A stretch of 41,796 nucleotides of DNA from Xylographa opegraphella (GCA_022813865.1 JALDZX010000066.1:62001-103796), one strand, 5' to 3'. Positions 23,602-35,622 are shown, counted from the stretch's first letter. Translations and numbers: made by a program. Notes: generated from the letters alone by a model not told the origin.

Positions 23602-24377
23602 GTGAAGAACTTTGCGGTTTTCAGCTCTGTTGTGCTTGATCGTCTGTGGGTTTGTTGGCAGCTTCGTCGGTTGCTTCTTGGCTGGCCAGATCTGCTTTCC
23701 AGTACACGAGGGATTTTCTACCGTGCGAGACCTATCAAGGGGGTTGGCCACTCGCTCTCACGGGTGCGAACTCACCTAGCTGTTCTGTTGATACATCAGC
23801 GGTCTGAAAGTCGACTTTTCCGATGCCTGCCTGCTGTCCCATTGGTCAGAGTTGTGTTTGTCCATGAAAATATGGGTGCACAGTACTGCTATCCCACGGG
23901 CATATCATCACTCGTCTCCTTGCAGTACGAATATATGATAGCAGTGACTCAGACGCTGACTGCAAGACCGCCGTACTCGACTTTCCCCGTCTGCGCAAAC
24001 TCGACATGGAACATTTTTTAAGGAAATAGCGGCCACTATTTCTGTTGCACGACTGGATAGATCGGTACGGAAGATAAGTCTCTCTACGGTGGGCTCTGTG
24101 GGCCGGCAAACCAAGCCATCTCAACAAGCCTGCTTGCCATGCTGATTCGTCAAGTCGGCGCTCCGACAACCACTCCATCCGTCATTGCTGGGGGAAGCAC
24201 GAACGCAACGATGACTTCCGGGACCCCTGAGAGATGAATCCGATAGTGCCGCCGACAACCAGCGGCAGCGCGGCGACTGGGCACGATGGGGGTACGATTA
24301 CCTATGGTTTGTCCCTCACCGGAGTCATCGCGTGTCTGGTGGTACGGTTTGGCATTCTGGTCGTGATTGTCGCTTAG
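23602..24377 (+). pseudogene. Decayed gene for a small Cys-rich secreted, probably GPI-anchored protein
   Basis: Manual translation across several frameshifts and stops gives a hydrophobic N-terminus, CCPIGQSCV, QYCYPT / intron-like 23900-23952 / DADCKTAVLDFP(fs)VCANSTWNIF*GNSGHYFCCTTG*IG...GGLCGPAN, an S/T-rich spacer, and the hydrophobic tail LSLTGVIACLVVRFGILVVIVA* ending at 24377. Confidence 0.6.
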
Positions 24378-25639
24378 TCGTTAGACGGTGGCGTAAAAGT
24401 ACGACAGTATACCTGCTTCCTACCGAATATGGATGTTCTTCGTACGGAGGTAGCTGCTTAAGGGACCGGTGTGGAGGTTGCCCAGATCAATATCACTCCA
24501 GCGATTATAGTTGAGCCTGGTGATTGGATCTGAATATATTCTCGATAATGATCTGGGGGCGACTTAGTTTTTACGGAGTATTCGCACTGGATAGCATGAT
24601 CATTGAGCGTGGGCGTTGTAGAGTTTGGTGTATATGGTGATGAGGTGCTACTGTAATCTATATTCTCCTATATTTAAGTAGTATCAGTCTAGTGTGGAAA
24701 GTGTGTCCCTCAAATTCGGTGCGGCGTAGTGGGCTTAAAGTTGTAGTTATGAGTGTCAGGATTTCCAAGGGCGGCTAACGTTCGTTGTATGTTGGTAACG
24801 GCCTGACATAAATAGGTGACATACGTGCTGCTCGAGACCTTCCATGGTCAACAATATTGAGTCTTCATGTTTCTGCAGACGCACAGGATTCTTCTTTGTA
24901 CTTTACGGGATAGACAACATTCGCAGCGAGGCGGTTACAGCGCAGACTTTACAGCCTGGAATATAGGCAATACTTGTTGCGTGGCGATAAAATATACAAG
25001 GGCAGTGTAGGTAAAGAAATTAAACAGCTACCTCTCGTCGGTATATTGCAAGACTTCTTATGAGTACTGATGCTGGATATTTAGATACATGCTTTTTGGT
25101 ATGGATAGTACTGTCGGGCTATATCATAGTATTTTATTATATATAGAAAGTGCGTTACTCCGTACTGACATGGTGGTTATTGAAGCAAATGAGTTTCAGC
25201 CTCTTTTGCCTCGCGGAAAGCTTACGGGCCGGAGTAGCCCGGTGCAGGGATCTTACCAGGGGGAAGCTTTGCCGGCCCGCTAAAAAAAGTTTTGAATCCT
25301 GGTCAGGACGAGATTATTGCTCCCTGAGGTGTCGTCGTGGTGGTGCCGCAACTATTCGCTCATCGAGACGACGCTCTCACGCCTGTTGCACAGCTGGTGA
25401 CTGAAACCTGTCGTCGCATACCAGCTGGGTGCTTTGGTATTTGCCAATTGTTAACCTGTTACCGGTAAGCTGAAATCTGCTGAAGTGCAGGAACCCGGTG
25501 TGACTCAACACGAAAGCGTCAATTGACCGATTGGAGAGGTTGCAAACACGCTGAACAAAGAACAGCTGCATAGATTCACTCTTAGCCCCCGGAGACCCTC
25601 GGCGTTGACAGGTCCTGACTTAGAGACCAATTCTTCCAG

Positions 25640-27861
25640 ATGGCGACGGTGAAGGAAGCGGTGAAGGAGTCGCTTTTGGGTACGACGGTCGAACCACAAC
25701 TCTCACAGCAAGCTCGCGCAAACTTTGAAAAGCATGCGAGGCGTGATGAAAATGGTGAGCTCTTCATGAGCGAGGACGATTTCATCAACGCCATTGCCCC
25801 TGAAAGTGAAAACTACGTACGTCTGCACTCCATCCATTGAGACCTGTTGGAAATCGTATACATTGTGCTCCACTAAATCTATCAATAGCATAAAATTAAA
25901 CGAGAACAATATGCAATCCTATACCGTGTCGCCGATCGCCGGAAAGCCGGGCGGATCAGTGTCCACGACTGGGCGACTTTTGAGAATCTCCTTTCTAAGC
26001 CTGACGCCGAGTATGAGATCGCCTTCCGCTTGTTCGATGAGGATGGCACCGGAACTATTAAGTACGAAAACTTCCAAAAACTCTATCAGCTCAACAAGGG
26101 CGACGACAGCATCCCGTTCGACTGGAACAGTGAGTGGGCATCCTTGTATATTGGGTCGAAAAAGCACAGACACGACATGACATACCCACAATTCTCTCAA
26201 ATGCTTCGTGGCCTCCAAGGCGAGCGGATAAGACAAGCATTCCAGCTTTTCGATAAGGATGGAGACGGATACATAGAGCCGGAGGATTTCCAACGCATCA
26301 TTCTAGAGACGGCTAAGCATAAGCTATCTGATCATATATTAGAGAATCTTCAGACACTATGTAATATATCGACGGGCAGCAAGATCTCTTACGCGAACGT
26401 GCGAGCTTTCCAGAATGTCATAAGAGAAATGGATCTCGTGGATCTCGTGATTCGGAACGCAACACAAAAAAGCGAGGATGGGAAAATTACACGGACAGAT
26501 TTCCTCAACGAAGCAGCTCGCATTACGCGCTTCTCTTTGTTCACGCCAATGGAAGCCGACATTCTGTTCCATTTTGCAGGCCTGGACGCCCCATCGGGAC
26601 GCTTAGCTTTGAGTGACTTCTCAAAAGTACTTGATGCGTCGTGGCAAAGTGCTTACGCCCTTGGTGTAGGCGCCACAGAAGCTGCATCGCAAGTTGTATC
26701 GAGGACACAGAGATATCTTCATAATGTGCTGGAGTCGGCGCATCATTTTGCTCTTGGCAGTATTGCCGGCGCATTTGGCGCATTTGTGGTGTATCCGATA
26801 GACCTGGTGAAGACGAGGATGCAGAATCAGAGGAGCGCACGAGTGGGTCAGGTATTGTACAAGAACTCGATAGACTGCGCCAGGAAAGTTATCCAAAACG
26901 AAGGATTCAAGGGCCTATACTCTGGAGTTCTACCTCAGCTCATTGGTGTGGCTCCAGAAAAAGCCATTAAGCTCACTGTGAACGATCTCATCCGAGGTCA
27001 CTTTTCAGAAAAGGATACCGGCAAGATTGCATTACCCTATGAAATTCTCGCCGGTGGCTCCGCAGGAGCATGCCAAGTTGTACGTATCTCCACTCTCCTC
27101 TCGACCCTACACTAGCACTAACCTGGCTGCAGGTGTTTACCAATCCCCTCGAAATCGTCAAAATTCGGCTCCAGGTCCAAGGTGAAGTCGCCAAAACAAC
27201 CGAAGGCGTCCCCCGCCGCTCCGCCATGTGGATCGTTAAGAATCTCGGCCTGGTCGGGCTCTACAAAGGCGCGTCCGCCTGCCTGCTGCGCGACGTACCC
27301 TTTTCGGCCATCTACTTCCCGACCTACAACCACCTGAAGCGCGATTTCTTCGGCGAAGGCCCCAACAAGAAGCTTGGCGTGGTGCAGCTCCTTACAGCCG
27401 GCGCCATCGCCGGCATGCCCGCCGCCTACCTCACCACCCCCTGCGACGTCATCAAGACCCGCCTGCAGGTCGAGGCCCGCAAGGGCGACACCAAGTACAC
27501 CTCGCTGCGCCACTGCGCCCGCACCGTCTATGCGGAGGAGGGCTTCCGCGCCTTTTTCAAGGGCGGCCCCGCCCGTATTCTCCGCTCCAGTCCCCAGTTC
27601 GGCTTCACCCTCGCGGCGTACGAAGTCCTGCAGAAAGCGCTCCCCATGCCGGGCAGCGCGCAGGACGAGAGCCCGGAAATCGGCGGCCACGCGGAGCCGG
27701 GCGTGGGCCTCCGCGAGGCCAAGGCCCCATTGCCGTACCTGCGCAGCCGGAACGCGTTGAAGATCATCCTGGATCTGGACGAGAATTTCGGGCGACCCAA
27801 GGGCGTGGGGAAGATGGGTTGGATCCCGTTGCCGTTCGGGAAGGGTATCGGGGGCTCGTGA
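25640..27861 (+). CDS. AGC1: Mitochondrial aspartate/glutamate carrier with EF-hand N-terminus (aralar/citrin-like)
   Basis: Exons 25640-25816, 25889-27079 and 27133-27861. EF-hand loops [12 protein letters not shown] and [12 protein letters not shown]. Three carrier signatures [20 protein letters not shown] and [10 protein letters not shown], plus the AGC-typical [22 protein letters not shown] and RSSPQFG. Confidence 0.96.
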
Positions 27862-28404
27862 CCGTGCGCCGGAGGAGGAGGATGAGCGGTCGGACGGTAA
27901 CGCACTTGTGCCTGGACGTTTCATATCGGTGGTGCACACTAGGTTGTTATTATTATCTTTTTTCGCCTTGCATCGCAGCGTGGCGATGTGGGGTTGTTTG
28001 TTTTTTGGAGTATGGGGCTGCATATAGAGGGCCGGCATGCATGCGGCTTTTGTACAGAAGCGACAGGATAGACGTGTGTGGCGTGGTGTTGTACACTCGG
28101 CCCCCGCTGCATCGGGAGGGGTGGAACCATCGAGATGTATCCGGTGCTGGCTCGTGCCCTTTATAGACATAAACCTGTTCTCCTCCCCGCGTCGGTGCCG
28201 GCCGGCCGGACTCATGCTATTGCAATTCGATCGGTGACCACTACGAGCTCGGTACGGGAGAGCAAAGGTGCACCGAAGGGACGTGAACGTGATTCAGATC
28301 ACGACTTTATCTGCAGCGGGACCGTGGCCTCCCTGTCTAATCTATATATCTATCTACAGCTCTCATCTCAACCGCTCCTCCTATCCTCCCAATTCCCCTC
28401 CTCC

Positions 28405-31223
28405 CTACCTCCCCCTGCCCCCCTTCCTCGCCCTCTTCACCCTCTCATACGCATTCGCCTCCCTGCCCTCCTCGCCCTGAATCTCCGCCACAAGACGCTT
28501 ATACTTGCGCTCATAAGCCTCGTCGCGCTCCTTCTTCTCGCGCAGGTCCTCGCGGGCCATGAAGCTCGCGTCCTTGCGCAACTCGCGCAGGGCACCCTTG
28601 CGCTCGCGCTTGTGCTCGGCGAGTAGCTTGGCGTGCTCGGCGCGCTCGCGGTCGGGGTCGTAGTGCTTGGAGGGGTGGTAGTCCTCTTCGAACTTCGGGA
28701 TCGAGGTCTTGATGGCGAGGGGCCGGTGGTGGTGCAGGGCGAGGGGGCGGCGGGTGGTGAGGGCCTGCTGGACGGAGGCGGAGAGAGTGGAGGGGAGGGT
28801 GGCGAGGAGGGCGGGGGAGTGTGTGGGCGGGATGGTGGTGGAGAGGTGGGTGAGGAGGGGGGGGTAGGGGGCGAAGATCTCTGGGTAGGCGGATTTGTCG
28901 GCCCAGAGGCTGGACATTTGCGAGAGAAGGGCGAGGTTGGTGGCGAGGAGGGCGAGTTTGAGGGCTTCGGAGGCGGGTTGGCTTGCGTTGTCGGGGTGGT
29001 TGATGTCCCAGAATCGGATTTTCCTCGGTTTGTCGAGGGTGCTTGCGAGTACGGGGTCTATCCTCAGGCTGGCAGGGCTTTCGTGGATTGGAGAGAAGCC
29101 CGTAGGTTCGGGTGGATTGGGCGGAGAGAGGGCTCGGAGTGCGTTGATGTTGTAGTTGACCAGCTCCGGGACGTATCGTTTGGAGAGGCGTTGGTACTGG
29201 ACACATAACGTAGAGATGTAAGTGCCTTTCACCAGATCGCTGAGGGTTTGAGGTATTTTCTGTCCGAGATACCTTGCCATGGATAGCATGGCTGGCGTGA
29301 CCACTTGATGAAAGTGGTCGGATGTTGGAAATATAGTTGATATGGCAGTGAAGAGCATGAGGTCCCCTGCAGTAGGCGAGATTGGCCTCTCAGCTTGCAG
29401 ACATTTGAGCTGGTCTCGGAATGCAGTGCCAACCTCGGCAGGAAACGACTTGGCCAGGGAGTGTACATGCCTGATCAGCATCTCCGCAACGTTGACGGGT
29501 GGATGATTGGGCTGATTCATCAGATAATATATGTGATCCACGAGAATGGCAGAGAAAGTGCCAAGTTTTAGCTTGTTTTCGGCGTTGAGCTTGGGATGGT
29601 AGATGGCGCGTATCCTCTGCACAACGGTTGGGAGGTCTTGAATCGAGACATCTTTGATAATTTGCAGAAAATCTTCATGGCTTTGCGGACATGCATATGT
29701 AAAGGCAAGTTCGGGAGCAGTACCATTGGCAGCCCACTTTTCTCTGGACGCCTTACTCGGTTCAAAGTCTGCCCTGGTCAGATCATCCTTTGACAACAGA
29801 CCATGCACAAATTCTCTCTCGTCGTTACTGGGACCTGCGGCCTCGGAACCGGAGTCTCCGCCCTCATCATCAGATATATCCACATTGGAGCCGCTGGCTA
29901 TCAGATCATCGTCAAGTATGAAATCGTCCTCGTCTTCAACGTCGAGTTCCCGTCTGGGAGGCTGTGTTGATAACCCTGGACCAAGACCTGTTGGATTTTG
30001 ATCGTCTTCCTCGGCATCTTGGTCGCCTTGTAAGTTGATTTTGTGGTCGTTGTCTTCCACATCACTGTCCATATCGTCGCCCCTCATTCTTGCCAGCCGC
30101 TGTTCTTCAAGCTCTTTTAACTTCTTCGCCTCTTCTTCCAGTCGCTCCTCTTCGGTTTTCGTTCTAGTGGTTGGTTTTGAGCGGGCATCAAAAGCCATCT
30201 GACGAAGTCTCTCGTCATATTCTTTGTCTGCTTGCGACCTATCTTTGCCATTAAGTAGAGCGGCTCGATCGGGGTTCATGTAGATTTCTACAGTAGAACT
30301 GGTAGGACCCTGTGGAGGTTTCGGCTGCGCTTTTCCGCCGCGTAGTAACGAGTATATATCTGCAAGACCTTGATCTAATTCTGCCCGCAGCTCGTCATCA
30401 TCTTCTTTAGCCTTCTGCCGCTCGTACTTGTGTAATTTGGACTTCGCAATAACCTCTTTCATAACCTCCTGCTTCGTCTTCGGCTTCTCATTTACATCTC
30501 CATCCTGCACTGAGCTCAGTCCATTCTCTAGGGTCTCCGACTCTGAAAGCCGTCTGCGTTTGCCAGATCTTTGCTCGCCTTGCACATCTGCATCACTATC
30601 GTCTGAAGGACTTATTCCACTTTCATCGAAGTCGTCGGTCCCTTGGACTTTATCAAAAGATAACGATTGTCCCAGGTGCGTCAGATCTCCTTCTTCAGCA
30701 TCTACCTCCTCCTCCAAGTTGAACAACGAGCCTTTCGTACCGCCACTCTGTTTTTCTCTCACGAACCTCTCCATGGCCCTCTCTTCAGGTGTCATTGTAG
30801 GATCATTTTCGCCAAATCTATTGTCCAATATCCCACCAACTTTCTTCCGTCTTTGCATTTCAACAAGTAGCGTTTTTCGTCTCTGGGAACTTGTTGTCAG
30901 CCAGGAATCTCAAAGTACTTTATCGAAAGCCGTACATTCTCCTCTCCTAACCCTTTCGTAATACCAGGCCTTCCCACCACCCCGTCAATACCACGAGTGC
31001 TAGCATTGGCGAATTGGAATTTACTCCCCCTGGAAGCTACCTTGACCTCGAAAGGATTGAACTGCTCCCGTATGCCCTGTAATGCGACATCGCGCCGAGT
31101 CCGTTTGTCCTTTGATATTCCAGACTTCCCAGCTTCCTTCTTTTGCTTCTTGGACTTCTGAGGACCAACTACGCCTTGATCTCGAAGTGAAGTTTTCAGC
31201 CTCTTCAGCTGTGAGGGCGGCAT
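28405..31223 (-). CDS. NOP14: Nucleolar protein Nop14 (SSU processome)
   Basis: Exons 31223-30936 and 30882-28405. MPPSQLKRLK, IREQFNPFE, GGILDNRFGENDPTMTPEE, KTKQEVMKEVIAKSK, IFPTSDHFHQVVTPA and ERKGALRELRKDASF. Confidence 0.96.
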
Positions 31224-31420
31224 ACTGTCGTTGAGCACTGCCGAAATAGAATAATGTCGGAAATCACTTTCTTCGGCTTCAATATTCGAAGCGGATAAGG
31301 CTGAATAAAAATAGGCGAAATATTAGCGCGGAGCTCGATTTCGGTCCCGAGGAAGCTGCGGACAGGCTCGCCAATGTATATAGCACTCTTAGTGCGGTGA
31401 GGGATTCAATAGCAGCCACA

Positions 31421-32588
31421 ATGGCTGCGAGAGGCGGCGATACGATTATCTGGGTATCTCTAGGTGCATGGACCTGCAGTAAGTTGGTTGCCAAATGCTT
31501 ATTGTCGGAGCAGGTATTATTGGCATATGCGGAGCATTCCTGGTGAAGACACAACTCCTTGCAGTACGAGACGCTGCCCGAGTAACTCGGCAAGAGAAGA
31601 CCCCGGAGCTCATCAGTCAACACACTGAAGATGGTTTGAGCATGTCCATCTGGAGGAGGTCTTTGGTTGATATTCTTAGCTCTTAAGCTCGACACTCTAC
31701 GTGAGCTTGCCTTTGGCGCAAATCAAGACATACGGAATGCGTAAGGAACACGAACTTATAGCTGAGCTTTCTGACGGGTAAAAGTGCTCTGAAGATAATT
31801 GTAGAGCGGGCAGGTCAAGATTCGGTATACCAGATTCTTCTGCAGAACGTGGCCTGCAAGGACACCGCTACTCGGGACCAAGCTTTAGTGACGCTCAAGT
31901 ACTTAAGTCTGAGCCGTATGATATTTGCAATGATACTATTATTTCCCATGAATTGCTGACGATACCAGCTGCTCGAGAAATCACACACTCTTTCGCGACT
32001 ATGAAAGTGATTATCACTTGCCTGCGTGATATGATCAATAAAAACACCTGTCAAGAAGGTCAAGAAACAAATTTCGAAGAGCGCCAGACACCCGAAAAAG
32101 ACGCCCTGTATATTCTATACTCGGGCATGTGCAGCGGTAGCATAAGGGACGCTATTCGCGCAGGTCTTGTCAGTCGATGGCTTGCGAAGTACCCTTTCGG
32201 CGGTCCTCAGTCTTCTGAGAGTCGCAAGGTAGAAATAGTACAGAACCTGCGAGCTGGCCGATCTGAAGATTTCATGATGAGACGCATACTCATTGCTATT
32301 GACTCGGAGCCAGAGGGAAGGAAGCAGCTGCGCAACTGCCATTTGCTGGGTAGTGTAATTGGCGAAACACCGGATGATGATGACGATGGAGATGTCTTAA
32401 TGATTGGTGGTGAAGAGGTTGCAGGTCATAGCACCGGAACAGTACGACACCAAAGCTCGAGAATACCCGAAGAGAGTCTCGAAGAGCAAGCTTTAAGAAG
32501 ACGCCGACGTGAAGCCATGGTAATCAGCGATGACGGAGCACCATTGGGCAGAGAGAACATGATACAGGGGCAAGCGTACCATGATTGA
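31421..32588 (+). CDS. Conserved fungal protein of unknown function, N-terminal membrane anchor and helical body
   Basis: Introns 31634-31679, 31741-31784 and 31916-31968 join in phase to give ...ELISQHTEDALKLDTLRELAFGANQDIRNAALKIIVERA...AGLVSRWLAKYPFGG...EESLEEQALRRRRREAMVISDDGAPL. The start is uncertain: ATG 31421 via a short intron 31479-31513, or ATG 31495. Confidence 0.8.
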
Positions 32589-32792
32589 ATAATCTTGATT
32601 CTTCATGACCCCGAACGGGCATGTTTTCATAAGGACCTCAAGAGCACTCGAAGCATGGTTTTGAAGGCGTTTGGATAGTTACCCTATATGATACCCAGTG
32701 TCGCCGAGCTTTCTATGCGATGCCTTTGACCTATTTTTTCTGCTTGGGTTGTATGTTTGTAGTTGTATGATCCGATATCATCGCACAGTTAG

Positions 32793-35283
32793 TCACAAAC
32801 CCTTCCATAAGTTCTTCGTAAGATGATCGGTTTTCTTCCTGCTGTTCTTGATCATGCCCAAAAATTTCAACTCCGCCAATCCTCGGTAAAACATAGCACT
32901 GCAACAGACATCAGCAAATGACCGTCCCATAATCGGACAGAGCAATACATACAGGGTTTCCTGATCGTTCACATCCTCAGCATCACCATCCTCAGGACCA
33001 AGAATGGTGTTGAATGCAGACCAGAGATCCGAGATATTGATGATTGCACCTGACTCAAGATACAGCTGATAAAGTATCGCTGTGGGAGGCTGCGAAGGTG
33101 CCAACCCGTTCTCGGAGCCGTCACAGCAATCGCAATCCAAATAATCGTGCGGGGCGCTCAACGCTCGCTCGACCGCTTGCCGCGGCACTGGTGCGAAGAC
33201 TTCCCGAATAGGAGACTTCAGGTCGAAGAGAAAGATCTCGTGTAAAGGGAGTGTCTTTGGACTGATCAGATACTTCTCAAAGAACTCCTTCAGTGCCATG
33301 TCGATGCGGTCGACAATTTTGGAATAGTCCACATCTTGCTTTGATAGTGTCCCCTTGTGCTTGCTCAGTTGAACCTTTTGGGCGACTACTGTGGTGCGGA
33401 GTCTTTCATGGTGAACGTCGTACTCGCTGCGGAGAGGAGCGCTCCCAACCGTTGCATCACGAGTAAGCTCATAAAGGTCCGTTTTCACTCCGTCAAGATC
33501 GAGAATAGCAAATAAGGAAACTTTTGTCAGTATCTCAATCATCGTATTTGAAGGCAATTTCCTGACAGAAAGTAGAGTTTCTCTGAGTATACTCGAGTCT
33601 GCTAGATCTCCGGCCAGCCCTTTTATATAAAGCCTTGACCATGGGGTATGCACCTTGCTAGGTATACTGTATTGGATGATGTTGAGTACTTCCATTGTCT
33701 CTACTAGATGCCTCATAGACTTTGTACCGTCTTCGACAATCTGGCGTGTAGTTACCCACAGAACATGATCATTATCGAGTAGTGCTTTAGCTTTGACAGA
33801 CTGTTTCTCTTTCATGAGGTTTTCAATAAGTCTACGAGGCTTAGTTCTCATACTCTTATATAGATTGGGAAGCTCACCTCCGGAAAGATGGCAAATTCCG
33901 AAGGGCTTCGCAGTGTTCAGTCTGCAGGGTCGGAATTGTTGGAGACGAGTGGACGATCCAGCTCAATGCATTCGCAAAGAAGTGGGTCATGAAGGCGTAC
34001 TTGTGACCATTAGGGATTGAATTCGCTTCTTTCAAGACTGCTTACTTTGAGGGACTGCATGAAGGCATGAACACTCTGAATGTGCTCAATCTGTCGATCA
34101 AGAAACATTTTCAGCAAGCCTGCACCTATGTACAGCGATGCAGATTCTCCAGGTGCGGTTGCAGTCCTGAACATCATTTCTATGGTCTCTACAGCGTCTT
34201 TCATTTCGAAGGAAGTTCCTTGCAAGCGCCGAATAGTCGCACGCGATAACTTTTCTTGAAAAAGATCAATCGAGGTACCAATTTCTAGAACCAGAACGAA
34301 TGGAATTCGTCCCTGCCACGAACTTTCGCCTGTTAGGGGTCTGACAATACCTCAAGCATGACCTTTCCTTACCTAAGTACTTCAACAACGTTCCCTAATA
34401 CAACTCCATCAAGACCCTCACAGTTATGGAACCAAAGCACTACCCGAAGTATCGAGTGCTTCTGTACATATTCATGGACGATTTGTAGGTCGTAGTTGAG
34501 CAATCGCACACCCTTTAATAGTCAGTATGTTCGAGTACAAACAGGACTATGCTTTACTTGGCGATGCTGTGGCAAGTCCTCGTCGGCCAAAGCTATACTC
34601 TGATTTGTTGCCTTCAGAATGATATGCTTCAAGGTCGTTTTCAGATTCGTGCACTGGCTTGCGGCAACAGGGACAATCAAGCTTTGTGAAATCGACTCTA
34701 GGCTCTGCGCAACCGCTGAGAATACCAACGTAGAAGCTCCGGCTGATGTTCCACTGATTACCAGACCCGTTGGAATCTGATTTGTATCCCTAAGTCGTTA
34801 ATGTTGTTATGCTTATCAATTCTCCTCGTGATACGTACTGTTGAGGTTCTGTGTGTGTCAGAAACCTCATGACATCGTCAACGGTCTGTCTGTTGACCTC
34901 TCCCAAGACTTCCTGGAAACGTTTTCAGTCCTGAGAAACGGAAGTTACGAATGCAGATGTCCATCCCATACATTGAAATTCTTTTCAAGTTTCGCCCAAG
35001 TAGATTCATACCCGTGACGTCTCGCAGACATATATCGGGCTTCTTCCTTTCCACCTAGCAAGGGAACAAACCCGGCTGATTGATCCTCAGTTACCTTTGC
35101 AGCATGTGAGATTTTCTTTTTCTTCTTAGGACGAGATGTTTTATCTTTATCATCTTCGGGCAGAACGAAAACGTAAGAAGCCTACAACGACTAAATACAA
35201 CATATTCGCGCAATCATCGAAGGTCTTACGAATTCACTGACCTGGTCATCAATTGCCAAGTGGCCTTCGTTCTCATCATCCAT
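32793..35283 (-). CDS. ORC3: Origin recognition complex subunit 3
   Basis: Nine exons: 35283-35242, 35181-34972, 34912-34839, 34789-34558, 34512-34373, 34322-34046, 33999-33878, 33831-32953 and 32898-32793. Motifs QIPTGL, RLLNYDLQIV, SSWQGRIPFVLVLEIGTS, LKYAFMTHFFANAL, RQAVERALSAPHDYL, LYQLYLESGAIINISDLW and FYRGLAELKFLGMIK. Confidence 0.93.
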
Positions 35284-35612
35284 ATCCGATACACTTGCAC
35301 TATGGCTGTGCCGAATCCGGAGTATTGGAAACTGGAATGGGTACTCATATGCTAAAGAAAGCCATTTTAATCTTAAGGAAGGCCACCACGATTTAGTAGT
35401 TCGTCTTTTATTTTAAAAGCTCTTTTGCATCGTCAGCCAATATATCTCTTCATAAGCTGGCCCGAGGCGAATATAGAACGCGGGATACATAATTTGAAGA
35501 TTGTGATTAGGGGGTGCACTTAGGGGACAACTTCAGCGAGGATCCTGCTAACTTCCCCGCCGAGCGATTTGGAGCCTCGCAATGAACCACTAGATCAGCC
35601 CCTGGAACCCAT

Positions 35613-35622
35613 AGACGCGTCT
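35613..35622. promoter_or_regulatory. Candidate MCB (MluI cell-cycle box) in the ORC3/PPR divergent promoter
   Basis: Palindrome AGACGCGTCT containing ACGCGT, about 330 bp upstream of the ORC3 ATG. A single hexamer could occur by chance. Confidence 0.3.

Noticed and set aside
27118..28215. 365-aa antisense ORF over the AGC1 3' exon (similar ones lie over WSC, NOP14, TOP1 and the PPR gene)
   Set aside because: Shadow ORFs expected from biased codon usage on the sense gene; no independent protein features.
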